From: an uncultured Anaerolineales bacterium
Lineage (GTDB): Bacteria > Planctomycetota > Phycisphaerae > FEN-1346
Assembly (NCBI GenBank): GCA_964397995.1
Contig: CAYNLG010000010.1
Span: 156 to 64,155, forward strand
Length of the DNA stretch: 64,000 nucleotides
Direction of reading: 5' to 3'
The notes under the pieces: generated by a model
Told to the model about the DNA's origin: nothing
The model's database searches: none
What the model saw: only the letters and a program-made list of their open reading frames with translations
Position numbers and translations under genes: made by a program
Part shown: positions 22,231 through 29,106 of the stretch, piece by piece
Layout: every line of letters starts with the position of its first letter
Numbering within the stretch: position 1 is the stretch's first letter

Positions 22231-23733
22231 ATGACCGGTCAACTCAGCCGTCCCCTACCGGTGACCGAACGGCAGGCGCTGGTGACGCTGGCGGGCCTGA
22301 TCCGCGACCGTGCCCGGGTGCCGCTGGTACTGGTGCGCGGCGACGAGGTGATCGCCCAGCCGGCCGGGGGGGCGCCGCCGCACGTGCTCGCGCTCGCCGG
22401 AGCGGCGTGGGCGTCCGAAGAGGAGCAGGTCGAGACCGGCGATGGCCGCGTCGCGGCCGCCTGGCCGGTCCGGCTCCGCGGCCGCCTCGTCCTGGTCGGC
22501 GCCGCCGAGGTGACGGCCTCTGAGGCGGACGTCGGCCGCCAGCTCCTCGTGGCGGTGGCAGCGGCGGTGCAGGCCCAGGTCGATGGCCTCGATGCCCGCG
22601 GCGAGGCGGAGGCGCTCTCGGAGGCCCTGACCCAGAACTTCGAGGAACTCACCCTCCTCCACAACCTCGGCGAAGTCCTCACGGTCACCCAGTCTGCCCC
22701 GGAACTCCTTCGCCGCGCCTGCCGCGAGCTCGTCGAGACCGTCGACGCCGTCGGCGTGGCCGCCTACCTGCCCCCCGGCGACGAGGAGCCCCGGCGCATC
22801 GTGGCGGTCGGCGCCTTGCCGATCGCAAAGCCCGAGCTGCCGGCCCTTGTCGAGCGGCTGCTCGGGGACCTCGGCCACGAACGGACCGTGGTCATCAACA
22901 ACCACTGTGCGGACGACCCCGCCTTGGAGGCCATGGCCCCTGGCGTGGAGCGTGTCGTCCTGGCGCCGCTGCCGATGGGCCGGCGCCGGCGAGGCGCCTT
23001 GGTGGCGATCAACCGAAACGGCCTCGAGTTCGGCAGCCCGGACGCCAAGCTCGTCCGGTCGGTCGCCAACTCCGTCGGCATGTTCCTGGAAAACCACCGG
23101 CTCTACACTGACCTGCAGGCCCTGATGCTCGAACTGGTCCGGGCCCTTGTCTCGAGCATCGACGCGAAGGACCCATACACGTGCGGCCACAGCGAGCGCG
23201 TCGCCCTGCTCAGCCGCGAGACCGCGCGGCTCCTGGGCCTGACGGACCGGGAGGTCGAGTGGGCCTACCTGGCGGGCCTGCTGCACGATATTGGCAAGAT
23301 CGGCACGCCCGAGGCCATCCTCCAGAAACCGGCCCGTCTGACCGACGCCGAGTATGACGTCATCAAGCGTCACCCGGCCGTGGGCTACCGCATCCTGAAG
23401 GGCGTCAAGCGGCTCGAGCCGATCCGGGACGCCGTCCGGCACCACCACGAGCGGATGGACGGGACCGGCTATCCGGACGGGCTGCGCGGCGAGGAGATCC
23501 CGCTACTGGCGCGGATCACCGGCCTTGCCGACGCCTTCGACGCGATGACCAGCAACCGCCCGTACCGGCCGAGGCTCCCGATGGAGAAGGTGCGGTGCGA
23601 GATTGAGCGCAACGTGGGCCGCCAGTTCGATGCCCGCGCCGCCGACGCCCTCCTGGCGCTCGACGTCGAACGGCTCATGGGTCAGGTCACCAGCCAGCCA
23701 GCCCAGGTCGACGCCGACTTGGTCCGTGCGTGA
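22231..23733 (+). CDS. GAF + HD-GYP cyclic-di-GMP phosphodiesterase
   Basis: GHSERV, LHDIGK, HHHERMDGTGYPDGL and RPYR intact. Confidence 0.92.
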   Translation: MTGQLSRPLPVTERQALVTLAGLIRDRARVPLVLVRGDEVIAQPAGGAPPHVLALAGAAWASEEEQVETGDGRVAAAWPVRLRGRLVLVGAAEVTASEADVGRQLLVAVAAAVQAQVDGLDARGEAEALSEALTQNFEELTLLHNLGEVLTVTQSAPELLRRACRELVETVDAVGVAAYLPPGDEEPRRIVAVGALPIAKPELPALVERLLGDLGHERTVVINNHCADDPALEAMAPGVERVVLAPLPMGRRRRGALVAINRNGLEFGSPDAKLVRSVANSVGMFLENHRLYTDLQALMLELVRALVSSIDAKDPYTCGHSERVALLSRETARLLGLTDREVEWAYLAGLLHDIGKIGTPEAILQKPARLTDAEYDVIKRHPAVGYRILKGVKRLEPIRDAVRHHHERMDGTGYPDGLRGEEIPLLARITGLADAFDAMTSNRPYRPRLPMEKVRCEIERNVGRQFDARAADALLALDVERLMGQVTSQPAQVDADLVRA

Positions 23734-23741
23734 GAGGTGCC

Positions 23742-24077
23742 ATGCCGACGGTCGCGGACGTTTTCGGCAACCTGACGGTCCTCACCGTGGACCCGGCCCT
23801 CGACCGGCGGGAGAGCGAGGCCTTTCGGGCCCGCGTCACCGACCAGATCCAGGCCGGCCGCCGCTGGTTCGTCCTGGACGGAAGCCACTGCACACGGCTG
23901 GACAGCCGGGGCCTCGAGGACCTCCTCTGGCTCCAGGAACAGGTGGAGGCCGTGGGCGGGGTGGTCAAGATCGCCGGCCTCCGTGGCACCTGCTGCACCA
24001 TCTTCCGGCTCGTGCGGTTCGACCGGAAGTTCGAGGTCTTCGACGGCGTTCCGGAAGCCGTGAGCCAGTTCGCCTGA
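23742..24077 (+). CDS. STAS domain anti-sigma-factor antagonist
   Basis: VLDGSHCTRLDSRGL with the SpoIIAA-type phosphoacceptor Ser. Confidence 0.85.
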   Translation: MPTVADVFGNLTVLTVDPALDRRESEAFRARVTDQIQAGRRWFVLDGSHCTRLDSRGLEDLLWLQEQVEAVGGVVKIAGLRGTCCTIFRLVRFDRKFEVFDGVPEAVSQFA

Positions 24078-24087
24078 GGGTCCTGGT

Positions 24088-25836
24088 ATGCCGCCCACGA
24101 CATCCAGCTCGGCCCGCGTCCGGCTGGGCGACCTGCTGGTGGCCCACGAGGTCATCACCCCGGAGCAACTGCAGCACGCGCTCGGCATCCAGCGCGACGG
24201 CCAGCAGGAACGGCTCCTCGGCGAAATCCTCATCGACCTCGACTACGCCACCGACGACCAGGTGCTGGCGGCCGTGGCCGAGGCGTGCGGTGTGCCGTTC
24301 GCACGGCTGACCCCGGTGCTGGTCGATCCGGCCGTCCGTAGCGTTCTGCCGGAGTCCTTCATCCAAAAGCACGGCGTTCTTCCGCTCTTCAAGATTCGCG
24401 ACACCCTGACGGTAGCCGTCTCCGAGCCCGCCAATGTCTTCCTGGTGGACGAGATCGCTCGTGTGGCTGGCACGAACGTCCAAGTGGCGGCCGCCACGGG
24501 AGACAACATCTACGAGATGCTCGAGCAGACCCGGACCGACGAGGCGCCCCGCGCCACCCAAGGCGAAGCCGAGTTCGCCGTCACCGACGAACTACTCCAG
24601 CCCGAGGACTACGATTCGGCCTACGGCAACTGGCCACCCGTCAAGGTCGCCCGCCTGTTGCTGCGCGAAGCCGTCCGGAGCGGGGCCTCGGCCATTCACC
24701 TGGAACCCGAGGAGAAGGTTCTCCGTGTCCGCTTCCGCATCGACGGCGTGCTGCACGTCGTCATGCGCCCTCCGATGCGCGTCGCAACCGGCCTGACGGC
24801 GGCCCTTCGCGAGCTCATGGGTGTCGATGCCGACGAGATGCCCTGGGGCCGGCCGATCGACGCCCCCGTCCGGGTCCAGGAGCATGCCGTCCAGCTCCAC
24901 ATGCTTTCCCTCCATGGGGCGTACGGGCCGCGCACCGTCATCCGCTTGGTCCGCGAGGACGAGGCCCATCGCAACCTCGAGAAGCTCGGCGCCGACTTCA
25001 AGCTCCTCGACGCCTATCGGCACCTCGTCCACGCCACGCGCGGGCTCGTGGTCGTGGCCGGTCCCCGCGAGGCGGGCACCACGACCACCCTCTACGGGAC
25101 GGTGCTCGACCTGGATCCGGCGCGGCTGAACGTGTGTACGTGCGAGGCGGCGATCGCCTTCCCGCTCTCCGGCGTGAATCAGTTCTCGCCGGCAACCCTC
25201 GGCGCGCCGAACCCCGCGGCGGCGGTGGAGGCCATTCTGGCCCAGCGTCCGGACGTGCTCATGCTTGACGGGACCGCCGATCCCGGCACTGGCGCAATGC
25301 TGGCCCGTGCGGTCCGGGACGGGTGCTTCGTCCTCATGCATGTGCCCGCCGCCGACGCCGCCGAAGCCATGGCGGGCCTGCGGCACCTCCTGCCGCCGGA
25401 CGCTGTGGCGCGCCATCTGAGGGGCGTGCTGGCCCAGCGCCTCGTCCGCACGGTGTGCCCGGACTGCCAGAGCAGCTACGAGCCGTCGGGACGCCAGAAG
25501 AGCCGCCTTGTCGAAACCTTCGGCGGGGACGGCCGCTTCGTCAAGGGCCGCGGCTGCCCCGCCTGCCGCCGCACCGGCTTCCGCGGACGCATCGGCCTGT
25601 TTGAGCTTGTGCCCAACACGGGCAACGTGGCGGCGGCGCTGTCAGGTGGCGCCGACGAGGACATGCTGCGCGACGCCCTGGCGCACGACGGATGCCCGAC
25701 ACTCTGGCAGGACGGGGTGAACAAGGTTCGCGCCGGCATCACGTCGCCGGACGAGGTCATCGAGGTGTTGGCCGCCTGCCCGCGACCGGGGCAGGGCGGT
25801 TCGGATGAATCAGAGCCGGCCGGTTGGCCGCGCTAG
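24088..25836 (+). CDS. MshEN-domain PilB/GspE homolog with degenerate ATPase motifs
   Basis: RLGDLL..QLQHALGIQ, IHLEP, RFRIDGVL, AQRLVR, CxxC..CxxC; Walker A GPREAGTT. Confidence 0.88.
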   Translation: MPPTTSSSARVRLGDLLVAHEVITPEQLQHALGIQRDGQQERLLGEILIDLDYATDDQVLAAVAEACGVPFARLTPVLVDPAVRSVLPESFIQKHGVLPLFKIRDTLTVAVSEPANVFLVDEIARVAGTNVQVAAATGDNIYEMLEQTRTDEAPRATQGEAEFAVTDELLQPEDYDSAYGNWPPVKVARLLLREAVRSGASAIHLEPEEKVLRVRFRIDGVLHVVMRPPMRVATGLTAALRELMGVDADEMPWGRPIDAPVRVQEHAVQLHMLSLHGAYGPRTVIRLVREDEAHRNLEKLGADFKLLDAYRHLVHATRGLVVVAGPREAGTTTTLYGTVLDLDPARLNVCTCEAAIAFPLSGVNQFSPATLGAPNPAAAVEAILAQRPDVLMLDGTADPGTGAMLARAVRDGCFVLMHVPAADAAEAMAGLRHLLPPDAVARHLRGVLAQRLVRTVCPDCQSSYEPSGRQKSRLVETFGGDGRFVKGRGCPACRRTGFRGRIGLFELVPNTGNVAAALSGGADEDMLRDALAHDGCPTLWQDGVNKVRAGITSPDEVIEVLAACPRPGQGGSDESEPAGWPR

Positions 25837-26612
25837 GGTTTCCAGAAGTCGCCCTTCGCGGGGTCGGCCTTCCAGCCGCCCTTATCGTTGTTCCCGCCGC
25901 CGTTCCGATTGTTGTCCTTCTTGTCGTTGTCCTTTTTGTCGTCGTCCTTTTTCGGCGACAGGTGATTCTGGCACTCCTTCATGCTGCCGAGGAGGCTCTC
26001 ATGCTCCTTGGCGGTCCGCTGGTCCTCGGGGATGAGGAGGACCGCCCGCTGGTAGGCGGCCAGGGCGCTGCGGTACTCGGCGATGCCCCTGTAGAAGTCA
26101 CCGATGCGGACGTAGATGCCCCGGTGGTACTTGCCGACGCGGTCGGCCAGGTGGTCGTACCGGGCCTGGTAGCCGTCGCCCTCGGGCAGGCGCTCCAGGT
26201 CGCGGGACAGGTCCTGGACGGCCCGCTCCACGCGCTGGTACCGCGTGGCGTGGGCCTGCAGTTGCTTGGCGCAGAGTTCGATGACCTGCCGGTACTCGCT
26301 CATGCCTTCTTTGAGCTTGCCCTCGCGGAAGCTCTTCTCCAGGTTCTTCCGTTCCTTGATGTCTCCGATGGCCTTGGCCTGGGCCTTGAGGATCTGCATG
26401 TTCAGCTTGAACTCGGCCTGCTGGACCTCCTTGAGCTGCTCCTCGACGGCCGCCATCTGCTTCTCAAAGCGGATGCGCATGGCGTCCAGGCGCGGGTTCG
26501 AGGCCTCGTCGTTGCTCTCCTCCGCACGCACCGCCGCCATCGGCAGCGCGGGCACGAGGAACAGGGCGACCAAAAGGGCCGCTCCCTGGCGGCAGGGGCG
26601 CATCGCGTTCAT
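25833..26612 (-). CDS. exported coiled-coil/TPR hypothetical protein
   Basis: AAGGA SD, signal peptide, one TPR, K/D/N low-complexity tail. Confidence 0.7.
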   Translation of the reverse strand: MNAMRPCRQGAALLVALFLVPALPMAAVRAEESNDEASNPRLDAMRIRFEKQMAAVEEQLKEVQQAEFKLNMQILKAQAKAIGDIKERKNLEKSFREGKLKEGMSEYRQVIELCAKQLQAHATRYQRVERAVQDLSRDLERLPEGDGYQARYDHLADRVGKYHRGIYVRIGDFYRGIAEYRSALAAYQRAVLLIPEDQRTAKEHESLLGSMKECQNHLSPKKDDDKKDNDKKDNNRNGGGNNDKGGWKADPAKGDFWKP

Positions 26613-26690
26613 GGCGTTCCTTTCCGGGCCGACCTTCGGCCGGCTCTGGGCCACTGTCATCGCGTTCTGCGCGACCGGTCGCGGCGCGGC

Positions 26691-27002
26691 TCAGGCGTCG
26701 ATGCCGGTCACGCGAACCGTCAGGTAATGCTGCCTGTGCCCGATATGCCGCCGCGAGTTCTTGCGGCGACGCACCTGGACCACCTCCAGCTTCGGGCCCT
26801 TGGCCGGGCCAAGCACCTCGGCGGTGACGGTCGCCCCGTCGAGGTTCGGCTTGCCGACGCGGACACCGTCGTCGTCGCCCACCAGCAGCACCCGATCAAA
26901 CGTCACCGTGCTGCCCGGCTCGCCGCCGCGCAGATCGACCTGAAGGGTCTGGCCCTCTTCGACCCGCATCTGGCGCCCGCTGTCGTCGATAATCGCGTAC
27001 AT
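26691..27002 (-). CDS. rplU: 50S ribosomal protein L21
   Basis: MYAII..GRQMRV and GHRQ motifs. Confidence 0.96.
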   Translation of the reverse strand: MYAIIDDSGRQMRVEEGQTLQVDLRGGEPGSTVTFDRVLLVGDDDGVRVGKPNLDGATVTAEVLGPAKGPKLEVVQVRRRKNSRRHIGHRQHYLTVRVTGIDA

Positions 27003-27080
27003 GCCCGTCTCCGTGTGCTTCCGGTCCCAGGTTCAGACCGGGGAGCGTAGCAGGCGGGTGTGGCCAACGCAAGGGCTTAG

Positions 27081-28088
27081 TCAGCCCTGGTGCGGTGTGC
27101 CGGGAGCGTCCAGCACCTCCCGGACCGCTTCCAGGACGACGCCCTCGGCTTCCGCCAGCGCCGCCTCCAGCCGGAACCCGGCCGCCCGGCGGTGTCCGCC
27201 GCCGCCGAACCGTTCGGCCACCGGCAGGATGCTCAGACCGTAGCGGCACCGGAGGCTGACCCGCACGTCGCCGCCACTCTCTTCTACGAGCAGGACGCCT
27301 ACTTTGACGCCACGAATCCGCAGGCATTCATTCACCAGGCCGCCCGTCCCCGTCGTGGGCGTACCCGCGCGACGGAAGAGGTCCTGGCTGATCCGCATGA
27401 CCGCCACCCGGCCGTCCTCGACCAGGTCGATCGTCTGCAGTGCCAGGCCCGCCAGGCGCAGCTTCGACAGGTCCTCGCCCTGGTGCAACTGTTCGTATAG
27501 ACGGTGCGGCTCGGCGCCCGCCTCGACCAGTTCGGCCGCCAGACGGTATACCGCCGGCCCGGCGTTCGGCAGCCGGAACCAGCCCGTATCGGCGACCAAG
27601 CCGATGAACAGGTCCGTCGCGGTGGCCCGATCGAGCGGCGCGTCCGCCTCGGCCAGCAGGCGCCGGACGATCTGCACGCACGCTGCCACATTCTCGTCCA
27701 CGAGCCACAGGTCCGCCAGCGGGTCACGCGTCCGATGATGGTCGATCGCCAGCACCGGGGCGCCCCCGTCGGCGAGCAGGCCCTCGACCCCTTCGAGCTG
27801 GTCCCAGGCGGCCGTGTCAGCCACGACCACGAGATCGGGTCGGGGCAGGGCCGCCACGTCGATGTCCCTCCCCGCCACGTGGACGTCGTCGGGCAGGTAC
27901 GGCAGGAACTCTTCGGGTGCGGGCGTCGGCAGGACCGTCTCAACCGTCTTGCCTTCGGCTTCCAGCCATCGCCGCAGGGCGCCCAGGCTGCCGAGGCCGT
28001 CCCCGTCGGGGTGCACATGCGTTGTCAGGACGAGGCGGTTGGCTTGGCGAAGGGCGTCCAGGGCACGCGAGTAGGCGGCCGTGTCGAT
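27081..28088 (-). CDS. nrnA: DHH/DHHA1 bifunctional oligoribonuclease/PAP phosphatase
   Basis: THVHPDGD, IDHH, DTGWF and GGGGH; start inferred at ATC 28088. Confidence 0.88.
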   Translation of the reverse strand: MDTAAYSRALDALRQANRLVLTTHVHPDGDGLGSLGALRRWLEAEGKTVETVLPTPAPEEFLPYLPDDVHVAGRDIDVAALPRPDLVVVADTAAWDQLEGVEGLLADGGAPVLAIDHHRTRDPLADLWLVDENVAACVQIVRRLLAEADAPLDRATATDLFIGLVADTGWFRLPNAGPAVYRLAAELVEAGAEPHRLYEQLHQGEDLSKLRLAGLALQTIDLVEDGRVAVMRISQDLFRRAGTPTTGTGGLVNECLRIRGVKVGVLLVEESGGDVRVSLRCRYGLSILPVAERFGGGGHRRAAGFRLEAALAEAEGVVLEAVREVLDAPGTPHQG

Positions 28089-28135
28089 GGCGGGTCTCCA
28101 AGGGGGATACGGCGCGGCGAACGCCCGGCCGCGCG

Positions 28136-28170
28136 AAAGGAAGGGCTGCCTGCCGACCGGCGGGCAGCCC
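28136..28170 (-). terminator. intrinsic terminator after ferredoxin
   Basis: GGGCTGCC/GGCAGCCC stem followed by TTCCTTT on the minus strand. Confidence 0.65.
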
Positions 28171-28199
28171 CGTTACGCATGCATGTCCCGGAGGAGCCG

Positions 28200-28370
28200 T
28201 CAGCCCTGGCTGATGGCGTCCACGGGGCACACCTCGGCGCACGTGCCGCAGTCCGTGCACTTGGCCGCGTCGATCACGTACTGGCCGTCGCCTTCACTGA
28301 TCGCCTCGACGGGGCATTCCGGCTCGCACGTGCCGCACGACACGCAATCGTCACTGATCTTGTACGCCAC
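28200..28370 (-). CDS. fdx: 2[4Fe-4S] clostridial-type ferredoxin (56 aa, absent from the ORF track)
   Basis: manual translation [56 protein letters not shown]; AAAGGAG SD. Confidence 0.96.
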   Translation of the reverse strand: MAYKISDDCVSCGTCEPECPVEAISEGDGQYVIDAAKCTDCGTCAEVCPVDAISQG

Positions 28371-28408
28371 GAGTAGCTCCTTTCAGACTCGGACCTCGGG
28401 TGGCCGCG

Positions 28409-28633
28409 CTAGGCCACGTTCTCCACGTGATCGACCTCGGGGACCTGGGCCTTCAGGCGGCGCTCGACGGCCATCTTGAGCGTCATCTGAGCCCCGGGGC
28501 AACAGGCGCAGGCGCCTTGCAGGCGAACCTTCACCACCCCGTCGTCCTCGACCGAGACCAACTCGATATCTCCGCCGTCGGCCTGGAGCATCGGGCGGAT
28601 CTCTTCGATGACGGCTTGGACCTTCTCGTTCAT
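28409..28633 (-). CDS. NifU C-terminal (Nfu) Fe-S carrier
   Basis: IRPMLQADGGDIEL and GACACCP; GGAGG SD. Confidence 0.92.
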   Translation of the reverse strand: MNEKVQAVIEEIRPMLQADGGDIELVSVEDDGVVKVRLQGACACCPGAQMTLKMAVERRLKAQVPEVDHVENVA

Positions 28634-28691
28634 CGGTAGCCTCCATGGGCGGCAGCCCGGCCACGCGGACCGGGGGGGCCGCAGTCGCCGC

Positions 28692-28719
28692 ATTATACGC
28701 CTGAGCCCCCCGTTGTCCA
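28692..28719 (-). promoter_or_regulatory. sigma70 promoter of nfu-fdx
   Basis: TGGACA-16-TATAAT. Confidence 0.55.
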
Positions 28720-28731
28720 CCGGGTAACGGC

Positions 28732-28896
28732 GAAAAGCGCGCTGACGGCCGGGACACGCATCAGCGCCTCCCCGACGGCCGTGAACGTCAAGATAGGGGC
28801 CTCGCGGTGGCCTGAAGCCGCCCCCAGCCCCGCTTCTTGGGGTGCCCAAGCCTCCCATCTTGCCCAGGTTCACAGCGATTTGCTTCGGCCTCATTT
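28732..28896 (-). ncRNA. putative structured small RNA (6S-like rod or novel)
   Basis: long self-complementary stems, upstream TACTAT, downstream hairpin plus TTTT; strand not certain. Confidence 0.4.
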
Positions 28897-28913
28897 ACCC
28901 GTATAGTACGGGT
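28880..28913. promoter_or_regulatory. promoter TTGCTT-16-TATAGT overlapped by palindrome ACCCGTA-tag-TACGGGT
   Basis: perfect 7-bp inverted repeat 28897-28913 covering back-to-back -10-like hexamers. Confidence 0.55.
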
Positions 28914-28955
28914 GCAGCAGGTGAGAGACGGCCTTCGAGGGCCGAGGTGAGTGGC

Positions 28956-29015
28956 ATGACGCGGCGACTGAAACTCCTGTTCCTGGCGGTCATGACGTAC
29001 CTGGCGCTCTGCTGA
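28956..29015 (+). CDS. 19-aa hydrophobic peptide MTRRLKLLFLAVMTYLALC
   Basis: GAGGTGA SD, upstream promoter, downstream terminator. Confidence 0.55.
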   Translation: MTRRLKLLFLAVMTYLALC

Positions 29016-29050
29016 GTGCGCCCACACGGGGGCGGCGTACCGTTGCAGAC

Positions 29051-29084
29051 GGCCTCCCGGGTCCCTACGCCCGGGAGGTTCTTC
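29051..29084 (+). terminator. intrinsic terminator
   Basis: CCTCCCGGG/CCCGGGAGG stem followed by TTCTTC. Confidence 0.6.
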
Positions 29085-29106
29085 ATGCGCTGTAGGGTGT
29101 GACCGC

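Noticed and set aside
25880-25955. Short tandem repeats (KKDxx / NN) in the hypothetical protein tail
   Set aside because: Imperfect coding low-complexity sequence, not a CRISPR array or contingency repeat.
28790-28862. SAM-I, ZMP or SRP RNA identity for the structured region
   Set aside because: Core motifs (GCAACC and AUC/GAU P1; GACUGGCG; CAGG-GNRA-AGCAG) were not found.
28921-28985. Glycine-riboswitch-like words (GAGAGAC..GCCGAGG..GAAACTC)
   Set aside because: The conserved CUCUCAGG is absent and there is no downstream same-strand gene to regulate.
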